A program made the position numbers and the translations under genes. This document shows, in pieces, positions 25,846 to 36,141 of a stretch of DNA of 64,000 nt. Origin of the DNA: Convolutriloba macropyga (Eukaryota); assembly GCF_964194025.1 (NCBI RefSeq), contig NC_134472.1, forward strand, positions 71,486,001-71,550,000, read 5' to 3'. The notes below the pieces were generated by a model. It saw only the letters and a list, made by a program, of their open reading frames with translations, did not search any database and was not told where the DNA came from. Position 1 is the first letter of the stretch; each line of letters starts with the position of its first letter.

Positions 25846-27149
25846 CCCGGGTCGAGGCCGAATGGTTATTTTGTAAGAACTTGCAAGTTTCTGGCAGAAA
25901 CTTACAACGCGATGCATCGCCTTGCAAGTTTTTCTTCCAAAAACTTGCAAGTTCTTACAAGTTAACCATTCGACTTACAAGGCTCTTACAAGTTAATCAT
26001 TCGACTTACAAGTTACTTACAAGTTAACCATTCGCCTTACAAGGCTCTTAAAAGATAACCCTTCATCTTATGAATGTTTATGTTTTAAGAACTTGCAAGT
26101 TTCTGGCAGAAACTTGCAAGTTCTTACAAGATAACCATTTTGCCTATTCTGTAGAAAAACAGTAAAACGTCGCAAGACATGAATGTACACATATTGTGCG
26201 CATCGACAAAAGAACAAAAAATCATCAAAATTACTAATCTAAAGCATCAGAAAAGGTGTTCTTCCATCTTCCATCTTCTTTTTTCATTTTCTTTTTCAGT
26301 TTTCTTGTTTTTTTCTCAAATTTCTTGATTTTCTGATTTCTTGGGCTGAAGATGGGCTGATCTTTTTCTAGCACGTTTCCTCTACTTGGATTTTTTTGTG
26401 TTCATTAGTATTGCTTAAAGCCCGCTTATGAAATTTGAATTGGCTCCATTCATAACAAAATGTTTCACGACTCAAAGTTTACAAAAAAAATTTATTTTGT
26501 TTCCTTTCGGCTAAGCAGCAACTTCTCATAGCAAAAGCGGGACCCTCACACTCTTGTTAAAATACATTCATCAATGAAATATCAGTTGGCCAATATGGGC
26601 AGCTTTTACGTTCTTTGTAGAGAATATCAACAAGAAAGATAAAAAAGTTAACGTTGAAAGTACAGAGAAAAAGAATAAAGTGACAATTTTTAAATGTTTT
26701 CCCATTAAATGGTAGAGAACAACGACAAATTTATTATCATATTAACCACGCGCAAAGGTTCTTAATATGGACTAACATACTCTTCTCAACTTCTTCTCAA
26801 TAAAAATTAGCAAAGTCAGAAACTTTGAACAGTCAAAACGTTTTGGAATATTTGCCTCTAGTACAGGTCAAGAAGTATCTTTTTTCGTCAAATAACATGA
26901 ATTCGAGAAACTTCGATATAACTGGAAGTTTTCTTATATCAAATCAATCAGAAATTGTTTTTTTAATGGTTTTTCAGTTTGGACTGAACTTGCAAGTTAA
27001 CCATTCGACTTACATGTTCTTACAAGTTAACCATTCGACTTGCAAGTTCTTACAAGTTAACCATTCGACTTGCAAGTTCTTAAAAGTTAACCATCTTTTG
27101 CAAGAAACTTACAAGTTCTTACAATTTAACCATTCGGTCTCGATCCGGG
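25846..27149. mobile_element. Non-autonomous TIR DNA element (CCC...GGG ends, 2-bp AG duplication; CMC-like)
   Basis: TIR cccgggtcgaggccgaatggtta / taaccattcggtctcgatccggg. About 30-bp subterminal repeats acaagttaaccattcgacttgcaagttctt at 25940-26140 and 26988-27135. Confidence 0.85.
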
Positions 27150-28254
27150 AGGTTTTTGATCTCTTGTTCTGCCTGTCATGTTAAAATCTTGCACACTTCG
27201 GTTTCTCAAAACGAGCTCTTTTCGGGCTAATCATGTACTTGTTGGCATTCATGCAGGCTGTCTGAGCAAAATACTTAGAATATTAAAATATTAGTTCCCA
27301 AATTAACTCGAAACAATTTGCACTTCGTTGCTTTAGCTAACTCTGAACACATTATTTATTTTTAAAAAGGTAGTTTCAGTATTTGTAAAAACAATTGATT
27401 AAAAAAATTGATACAAAAATTGTTTTTGAGAAAAACTTTTCTAACAGACGCAAATTTCTCATTTTTTTCGAAAAAAAACATGTTTTCACATGATTGAAAT
27501 AAAATGTGAAGTGAAATTGAGCAACACACAATTTTTTCAAAAAGCGCGCGAATGCTGTCTGGAGGCAGGCGAAAACGTTCCTCGGAGAAAAAAACCAATC
27601 GTTTGTCGATAGTCTGATCATGTTTAGTTAGAGCTCAACTTCAGTTAATTTACGGTCTCATCAGAGGTCATCACGGCCTATAATCTCAGTACGGCTAGAA
27701 ATTCATTACCGTTAGATTAACGAATCATGATCCAGGCATCAATCATCAAAGTTATTGCTCAAAATTTGGATGTGAAAATGCAGTTTTCACAATAATTGAT
27801 TATTTAAATTTTCCATTGTTCAGATGAATTCATAAGCTGTTAAAATCATCGTTTTCCCTTTATCCCAAAAACCATAACCATAATTGCATGCTTCACCTCA
27901 TAACTCCTCAATGCTAGTACCAATAACTTTAGAAAGAATATTTAACTTACATTAATTAAAAACCTTGTTCACTTCACATTTAGCTGTTCTTTTTCTCACT
28001 TCGCGAAAAAAAAAATAAACCGCAAGCAAAGACCGTTAAAATGTGGTTAGTTTTTCTAATCCCACAATATTAGGACACGAAAACTAATTTCAACTCCTAA
28101 CTTAGACAACAAAAACTTACTAGCATTGAGGTGTTATGACGTCATTCAATTTTTGGTTCTTATTGCTTGCTATATTCTCTGATGTTAAAAGTTTGGTGTT
28201 GATCGGTTGTTCCCTTCAAACCACGGTCGAATTTCTCCAGATGCTTATATGACT

Positions 28255-28761
28255 TTAAAATACGCAATCCGGATCGTCGCTTTTGCATTTGTCAACGTAC
28301 ACAGTTCCTCCCACACTGTACAAATAACAGTAGTTAGAAGAGAATCCTAGATTTTTGAAGAAGTTGCAATCCGTAGCATGACCCCAAGGAGTATCAGCCG
28401 GAAACTTGCACTCGTTTCCCCACGCCCCCATACATTTTCCATCACCACCTGTAGCCGGAGCTCTGGTCGTGGTGGTCGTAGTGCTGGTGGTCGTAGCTTG
28501 GGTCGCGGCGGAATTGTCGGAATCCATTCCACCGTCGTCGGGGTCCACTCCGTCGTTGTTGGGGGCGCCTCCGGCAGTGCAAGTTGGCATTCCACCGAAC
28601 TTCTTGGCTTCGGGACTGGTGTTGAGGGTGTCTCTTTGGGAGACTGAGAAAGCGGGGGATCCGATGATGTTACCTCCCTTGCCGTAGACACAGACTACAA
28701 CGTGTGAGTTGGAGCAGAGAGCTTGGTCGCAGCCGAGGTGGGTGGCATCGGCCCACATCAC
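28255..28761 (-). CDS. CAP-domain gene, exon 6 of 6 (CAP C-terminus, Thr-rich linker, FN2-like module)
   Basis: Acceptor ttttcag|GTG. Completes the CAP signatures GHFTQ|VMWADATHLGC and VVCVYGKGGNI. The six exons sum to 1341 nt = 446 aa + stop. Confidence 0.93.
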   Translation of the reverse strand: MMWADATHLGCDQALCSNSHVVVCVYGKGGNIIGSPAFSVSQRDTLNTSPEAKKFGGMPTCTAGGAPNNDGVDPDDGGMDSDNSAATQATTTSTTTTTTRAPATGGDGKCMGAWGNECKFPADTPWGHATDCNFFKNLGFSSNYCYLYSVGGTVYVDKCKSDDPDCVF

Positions 28762-29359
28762 CTGAAAATTATAGAAAAACTATTTTTCACCAAAGTTTTT
28801 TAATCGAATATTTATAGATTTTATAGTGTTTGTAGTTATATGGTCGTAAAATTTAACGAGCCCGAGTCCGTATTACAGGTTATCGTACCCCATTTTCATC
28901 GTGGACCTCAAACAGGGTAAGTAGCGTTAAAGTTATTGTAGATGTGCGTTTTATATTTAAGTGCGAACACAAATAGTTCGAAATTGAGCTATAAAAAACT
29001 AAAAATGATATAAAACCTTCATATTTATCCCTTTTATAAAAAGACACAAGGATTCTTAACATGAGTCGTGCCGTTTTACAGATTAATTCATAGCAAATAA
29101 TTTGATTTTTTAAACTATTCCTTGAAACGCAGCGAGCTGAAATCGCCAATTGAAGGCTATACAAGTTCCGTCATTCATGAAGAAAAAAAATTCCGTTTTA
29201 CAAGCAATAGTGATGACAAAAGTATACAGTATATTACAAATGGTGCTCAAATTTAAATATTAAAACAAAAGAAAAACAGGTGCATCTTGCTGTTTATTTT
29301 TAATTAAATCTTTGCTGCAATTTTGTACAGGGTGCTTGCTTGAATTGTAAAAGTTGTAC

Positions 29360-29471
29360 CTGAGTAAAGTGTCCAATTTGTCCCTGTTTGTTTCTCTTTG
29401 GGCAGTTTGCGTAGCTGTCTGCGTTTCCATTGCTCTTTTTAGGGTACACATAGTCCCTTATCTCGTCCCAC
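29360..29471 (-). CDS. CAP-domain gene, exon 5 of 6 (correct frame not in ORF track)
   Basis: Boundaries ttctgtcag| and CAG|GTACAA. Translates (W)WDEIRDYVYPKKSNGNADSYANCPKRNKQGQIGHFTQ; phases 2/0. Confidence 0.92.
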
Positions 29472-29505
29472 CTGACAGAACAAAATCATTACATAATATT
29501 TTTTT

Positions 29506-29845
29506 GTTGAAACATGTGAATTATTCAGATTATAGCCCTGAGGTTAGATATCTACATGCTTTCAAAGTTTAAAAAAATTTAATCAATTTTGTTATTCATA
29601 TAAAACACTTAAAATTGTGGCTGTTCGTTCTCATAGGTAAAAATAGGATTTGACGGCTCTTATTTGTCTATTAACGGGCATTTTCTTCTGCTGATCGATC
29701 AAAAACTCATTTACATGAGTTAAAACATTTTTATAGCAAGTTTTATTGTTAAAAATTCTTAATGAAGAGGGCAACTTGTTCCATTTTGGAACGCTTTTCA
29801 AGATCGAAGATTTGTTACTACACTTCGTTTTCGTTCTCTTTTTTA
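29506..29845. repeat. Dispersed repeat; second copy at ~31570-31900
   Basis: Both begin ttgaaacatgt.aatta.tcaga.tata.ccct.agg.tagatatctacatgct and stay colinear to cacttcgttttcgtt. Confidence 0.85.
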
Positions 29846-30287
29846 TATATTTAGACATATCCAAGATGTTTGTATGAAGGACGAAAAATGGACGATCGTT
29901 CCAATGACGTTAAAAGTAATCAAATCTTCTTTTTGTTGAAATAAATATAACAAACTAGCCACCTTTTTTTACTTACAATGATGAGTGTAACATTTTTTTT
30001 AAAGTTCAATAGTTCAACTCATTATAGTAATCTTTTTTAGTTCCTTCCATAATTCAAAGCTAATAACCATGGATCAAAAAATAAACGAACAATATTGTAT
30101 TACAATCCCGTGTTGTCATCATTTGTATTGCCCCCCCCCCCCCCGAGATTTTGTCAGGAAATACTCGGAATTGTGTCAGAATTACGTTGCTTCAAGAAAT
30201 AATCTAAGATTAAGTGGCGAGCAAATGTGTGTGTTTATTTTTTGATATTGTCAGGTGATCTACGCAGGTGCAACTACTGTGAAAATG

Positions 30288-30359
30288 GACCAGTACTGGA
30301 TTCGAACCAACATCTCTTACTTGCAAGCCTAGTGCGCTACCCATTTACACCTACTGGTC
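30288..30359 (-). pseudogene. tRNA-like sequence (Ala-TGC-like pseudo-tRNA or SINE head) in CAP intron 4
   Basis: Minus strand: GACCAGT/ACTGGTC 7-bp stem, box A-like TAGGTGTAAATGG, loop CT-TGC-AA, box B GGTTCGAATCC, then CATTTT. The anticodon stem pairs poorly. Confidence 0.7.
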
Positions 30360-30568
30360 TTTAGCTCCCGAACTTGGGCATCTCTTATAACCCATTCTCA
30401 CGTTCTTTCTTGTTCCTTAAGGCTCCATTTCTCTAGCCAAGTATACGCTGAACAAGTAAAGCTTCTTGTCAAGCTATGTCAAGCTTATCTTATGCACAAT
30501 TTACGTTGGGTTGCTCTCTCTCAACTTTCTAACGGAAATCAAAACAATATATTGAAATAAAAACAAAC

Positions 30569-30761
30569 CACGCTTGAGTTGAGATCCACCCTGCATCCCG
30601 CTGGGCCTTTTCGTCTATGCCCCGGCTGTTCATAGCCCAATAGAGGTTCTCTCCCACATATGAGAAGCTGCAGAGAGGCTTCCTTCTGCTACTAGCAGAG
30701 TGCTCCATTTTACAGTCGTTGGTGTTCTTCAGTTCGTTCGCGTAGTCCATTGCAAACTTGG
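30569..30761 (-). CDS. CAP-domain gene, exon 4 of 6
   Basis: Boundaries atttcag| and TG|GTTTGT. Translates AKFAMDYANELKNTNDCKMEHS...VGENLYW...TQAW; phases 1/2. Confidence 0.92.
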
Positions 30762-30813
30762 CTGAAATGAAAATGTTGGTTATTTTCCTGAATGCTGTTC
30801 TTTTGTAAAATGA

Positions 30814-30979
30814 TTTTTACAATTCAAAGAATTTGAATTGTATTGTGGCGCTGTCTTTTTTTACAATTCAAAGAATTTGAATTGTACTTGGGCGCTGTCT
30901 TTTTTTTACAATTCAAAGAATTTGAATTGTATTTGGGCGCTGTCTTTTTTTTTACAATTCAAACAATTTGAATTGTATT
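30814..30979. repeat. Tandem 44-46-bp repeat x3.6, each unit a hairpin
   Basis: tacaattcaaa-gaa-tttgaattgta units starting at 30818, 30862, 30907 and 30953. Confidence 0.9.
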
Positions 30980-32582
30980 GGTCTTTTTTAAGATCTGTTC
31001 ACACATTTTCATGATTTTTGAAGTCAAATTGGAGTATTAATTTTGGTCACGTCGAAACAGGATGTGGAGCGAAAAAGCAAGTAAACTTGCGGCGTGAAAT
31101 TTTTTCACTCGAATTTTAAAGTAGGTTGAGAAAACTGTATTAGAACAAAAACTCTCGCGTTCTCGTTAGTGATTTTTTGTTCACATGCGGCATTTTCACA
31201 TGGATGTTTATACTGTTTTTTTTTTTCAATTTTTTTGATCTGAATTTTTTTTTCAAAATGATTTTCCCAATGCATTCATAGTTCATTCTAGGCCCAGTTT
31301 TTTGTTTAGTCAATGAGAATTCTTTGAATTGTACGTCAGGACGTGTCCAGCTATGTTTTTTTTATTAATTACTCACAGTGAACAAAGCTAATGTTTCCAA
31401 AAATCGGTGTGAACAAACAATGATGTTGTTTTTTTGTGTTCCAATTGTGAACAAACAAAGTTGCGGTCCAATTTTGTTTTTCAATGATTATGGTCTCTAA
31501 AGTCCACAAGAGCTGAGATAAGTTCTTACTAGCAAACATTTTCAATCGCGATGAAGATGTAAAATTTTTTTTGAAACATGTAAATTACTCAGACTATAAC
31601 CCTAAGGATAGATATCTACATGCTCTAAAGCGTTAAATAAATTAATCAGCATTGTTATTAATATAATAATCTTCAAATTGTGGCTGTTCGTGTTCATAGG
31701 TAAAAATATGATTTGAACGCTCCTATTTGTCTATTAACGGGTACTTTCTCGTGTTGATCGAGCAAAAACGCGGTTTAAACATTTTTAAAGCAAGTTTTAC
31801 TGTTAAAAGTTCTTATTGAAGAGGGCAATTTGTTCCATTTTCGAACGTTTTTCAAAATTAAGGATTTGTTACTCCACTTCGTTTTCGTTTTCATTTTTAT
31901 GATAATTTGATTTGTTCTCTTAATTTGTCTAGCGTTATGGCGCTGTCTGTTTGTAGCTTCATTAGGCTGACTTTTGAGATAAACAATTCAGCTGGCAGGA
32001 TACTATCCTTAATTAGTATGTATGGTCAGTTTAAACCGGGTGAAGGTGGAACAGGTCGAATTATTTGTTTTTAAGAAAAGTTTGTAAAACGAAGAACATG
32101 TCATAAATGTATGCAGTTTAGTATATTTTAGTTGATCAATTTTAAATCTTTAGGTCAGTTTTCTTGATGCTGGTAAATTCTTGAAGTCAAGCAAGCAAAT
32201 TCAATTCACAACAACTTTTATGGGCAAAAATTTTGAAGCAGCAACTTCTACGAACGCGCTTTAATTAATCAAAAATGTCAATTTATTGCTTAAAGACTTC
32301 TGCCGACTCGTCGAATCAAACATGTTTCAATCATTAATGAAACAAGTTTAAGCTGAATAAAAATTAAGCAGTAATATTTCTGTAGTGTTATGCATCAATT
32401 CTGTGCTAGTATATCTGCATAAACTATGAAAGTTTGGATAATTTATCTTAAATTGTTCCAAAAAAATTATGTTTATTTTGAATCATCACAGTTTTACTTT
32501 CAATAGTTTTACTTGTGTATCCAGAGTCAAGCCGAGGTCTTCAGATATTTTAAAGAATTATGAATGATTCACGATTCCATAC

Positions 32583-32806
32583 CCAAGCAAGAGTCCCATT
32601 GAAGGGCGCTCAACCCAGCAGCAGCCCTGAGTCTGTTATGGTTGCAAAGAGCACCCTGGGCCATTTGGTCAGAGTCCATTAGAGATCCATCGGGTGACTG
32701 TTTCCTGGTGTAGGTGATAGGGCCAGTGTCCTGTTTGTCTCCGTAATAGACGTAGGAGGAGGCATCGTTAGTGCATGTCACCCACTCGTTGGGAAAGTTC
32801 GCGTCA
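32583..32806 (-). CDS. CAP-domain gene, exon 3 of 6
   Basis: Boundaries ttgattag| and G|GTATGG. Contains the CAP N-terminal motif HNRLRAAAGLSALQWDSCL; phases 2/1. Confidence 0.92.
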
Positions 32807-32891
32807 CTAATCAAAATTATAAACTGATATTATAAATTATAATAATCTAAAATTATAGTCTCTAATTATAATAGACTAAATTATAAATAGT

Positions 32892-33628
32892 AAACAAGTT
32901 CGTAGAAGTTGTTGTATTAAAAATTTTCCCCACAAAAGTTGCCCTGAACTAAGTTGCTTCCTCGGCTTCAGATTGTAACTTATTTTAAAATAAGTTACAA
33001 TCTCAAGCCGAGGAAGCAACTTAATTCAGAGCAACCTTTATGGGCAGCTTTTTATGCAATAATTTTGACGAACGTGTTTTAATTTATTGAAAGTAACGTA
33101 TTAAACTCTTCGATACAGTAACGTATTGCGTTTAAAACCGAAAGCTTATTGCAGAATATTGCCTAATAATGATTCAGTCTTTTACAGAACGTTAAAAAAA
33201 GAAATTATACATTTTTCATCATTAAGTACAATTTTGAAATTTTTATAATATTTTATAAAAATATCTGTAAGTCCAAATCCGATATCAACTTACAGATATT
33301 TTAATAAAATATTAGAAAACTTTCAAAATTGTTTTGACGGAGAATATTTGCTTGCCGGATTAAAGCTTAGAGGGGCAAAATTGTAATTTCGAATTTGTAA
33401 TTCGAATATCGGTACTTTTATTATTATAATGAATCCGAACTTTTAATTTACCAGTAAGAACCAAGGATTTTAAAGAGGCGAAGCCTTCGCCTTTTTAAAA
33501 TCCTTGGTTCTTACAGGCAAATTAAAAGTTCGGGTTCATTATAACTATAAAAGTACCGATATTTGAATTACAAATTCAAAATTACAATTTAGCCCTTTTT
33601 AAGCTTTAATCCGGGAAGCAAATATTTT
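32892..33628. repeat. Three consecutive palindromes inside CAP intron 2
   Basis: 32892-33079 (centre tttt|aaaa at 32986/7), 33228-33331, and 33343-33628 (centre ggcgaag c cttcgcc at 33484). Confidence 0.9.
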
Positions 33629-33669
33629 CTTCGCCAATAATAACAAAAAAAATAGCCCTGATGACTTAC

Positions 33670-33871
33670 GAGCACGTGCACTTTGTGGGGTCGTTGCTAT
33701 CGTAACAGCTGGGTCTGCAGTTGGCGATGGGGTAGTAGCACCCCTCCCCGGAGAAGACACATTTCTTCAGGAACGGACAGCAGAACCTCCCCTCCCCACA
33801 CTGGTCACCAGTCATGCAGTTCTCACACTTTCCCTTGCTGCCTTTCGCCACACAGTCTACACCGGCCGAAT
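33670..33871 (-). CDS. CAP-domain gene, exon 2 of 6 (Cys-rich domain)
   Basis: Boundaries ttttcatag| and TC|GTAAGT. Translates DSAGVDCVAKGSKGKCENCMTGDQCGEGRFCCPFLKKCVFSGEGCYYPIANCRPSCYDSNDPTKCTCS. GC-rich island in AT-rich intron; phases 1/2. Confidence 0.85.
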
Positions 33872-34542
33872 CTATGAAAAGATTAAACAGTTTTTTTTTG
33901 TTTTTTTTTGGAATTTTATTGTCATATGGAGACGGTGATTGCAAAGTTCCATATTAACATCAATATTTGAAAGACTCATAATCTCCAGCATAATCTCTAT
34001 AATTCATAATCTCTAGCAAGTTATTTATGTTTTATTCTTGCCAGCTTTGCGTTAAAATTGGGGTTTTAAAAGTTAACTTTGTCGCTTTACGAATACGCTG
34101 AAAATTCTGATTGGAGACAATGCAAACAAAAAAGCTCTTATTGTTTTTTTGTCAAAGTTGCTTACTTTTCAAAAACAAAACAAAAACAAGAGACGCAAGA
34201 AAATTTCAACGAAATGTGTGCAAGACAATAAGTTTAATCAATATTTCATCAAATTTTTTCGTAATTCTTTTGTCTCATAGAACTCTGGCTATCTTTGTTT
34301 ATTTTCAACATATTTTCACATTAAGAGCAAAAAATTTTTTGCTTGTGCTGATCAGAAATGGTATGCTGTTAAAACAATTTTGAGTCTAGAGGTGGACAGG
34401 GAAAACAATTTAAAAATTAAAATTATCCTAACTGGATGATTTTCATTGAATTGTTTTATAAACAAACATTTTATGACAAAAAGCACACTTGCTCTACTAT
34501 AAAAACTCGGCAACATCATTTATTTCTGCACACATACGTATA

Positions 34543-34830
34543 AAGATCAGGAAAAAAACGTTCGCGAATAAGTCCGACGGGCTCAAATTTTTGTGCATGC
34601 GTCGATAGATGTAGCAATTTACTGTGAGTACAATCTAGCGACAAGTGTAATTGACTCCAATCCTTTGATCAGAAGTATTATTCCTTTGATCATCCTTTGA
34701 TTCGGGGGTTTAGTCGCCAATTTTCGCACTGCTATTGTCGTTAGATTGCGGATAAAGGGACAAGTCAAAAACAGCTGCGAAAGAACAGCAATTTGGTTAG
34801 CGATAATCGCATTGTCGCTAATCTCGACAA
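34543..34830. repeat. Dispersed repeat; second copy at ~41768-42045
   Basis: Shared aagtccgac..gctcaaatttt, ctagcgacaagt.taattgactc.aatcctttgatc and gctattgtcg.tag. Confidence 0.8.
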
Positions 34831-35931
34831 ATCGTGCTAAGATGCAAAAAGGCAACTAAATCAATGATTAAAAGCCAGTTCAAAAACAAAAACATGCAAA
34901 AAACTTTTAAAAGTTACAGAAGAAATCATGTACGCACAAAAAATAGAAAAAAATTGAAATTCTGCGATTCCAAAAATTGCAAATTGAGAACAAAAATTAT
35001 TAAAGATGTTGTCTATTTGAATAATTAGAGATATGTTAGAGATGAAAAGTGGAACATAGGGATTCTATAGATAGACTGATGTTGAAAACTTGCCATTTAA
35101 ATCTTCATCAGTTTTTGTTGATGAAAATTTTAATTTCGAGAGCAACAACATATAAAAAATTTTCTTTTTTTTTCAAATTGGAGTTAATCAATTTTAAATT
35201 GCCTAAACATAACAAAAACATTTCAAAACTGTGAAGGCAAATTAATATAATGCATTCAAAGACAACAAATTGATTATTCGATTACTTTTTAAACTCCAGT
35301 GTCATTTTTGTGATTGATGCCTTCTCTTTATTTTTTGCCTTCTCTTTATAACAAATGAATTTTTATAAAACGCCGCTTTTTATAAATTTTTATGAAATAT
35401 AATGAATTTTTATAATTTTCATAAAACTGAATTTATAAAACTGTGTCAATTCAGTTTATGAACAACAACATTTAGTTTTGTTTATCTATATTTGTAAACT
35501 TTTAATATAATTTTGAGTATTAGGTTTTAGGAGCGACTAATTAATTTATTTTTGATTAGGTGGACTGTTCTTTTTAAAAGTGTTGAAAGTGGTTGGATCG
35601 TGGAAAAAAAAGAAACTCAAAACTAAAAAAAAAATACAGGAACAAAAGTCCCAAAGAAAAAACAAAGTTCAAGTTTTGCCAAAATTGCCACCCAAATTTT
35701 TGTGTTAAAAAACTGCATAGATTCTTATATTTTCCGAAGATAAAATATCTGCTCAGAAAAGCTCAGAATATACAAACTCAAAACTTAAACTAATATTTTA
35801 TCGAAGCAATGTTTGCTTTGAATTTTTTGCACTTTATTAGAAAAAAGAACACTGAACTAAGAGTTACTTATAGCCAGGTTCCACTATTGTTTTATATGTT
35901 TTTACTGAGTTGAAAAGTTTATAAGAGTTAC

Positions 35932-36034
35932 CTGAGGGGGTATTGTCGTCTAACAATGATTTACAAACCGAGTTGTTATTATCGTAGACTGCACTAACAG
36001 CTACCACAAAAAATAGCAACAAAAATTGCCTCAT
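35932..36034 (-). CDS. Secreted CAP/SCP (CRISP/antigen 5/PR-1) domain protein, exon 1 of 6 (signal peptide)
   Basis: MRQFLLLFFVVAVSAVYDNNNSVCKSLLDDNTPS, then donor G|GTAACT (phase 1, compatible with exon 2). TATAAATA lies about 100 nt upstream. Confidence 0.8.
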
Positions 36035-36133
36035 AGTCGAGCTACACTGTTTTTTCTTTCAGAAAACTGACAAATTTTGGAGCTTTTGCTTTTCCACAAT
36101 CGAGTTAAAATAATTTTTAACTCAAATTTTGGC

Positions 36134-36141
36134 TATTTATA
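36134..36141 (-). promoter_or_regulatory. Candidate TATA box of the CAP gene
   Basis: TATAAATA on the minus strand about 100 nt upstream of the ATG at 36034. A perfect TGACGTCA (CRE-like) also lies at 36342-36349. Confidence 0.5.
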
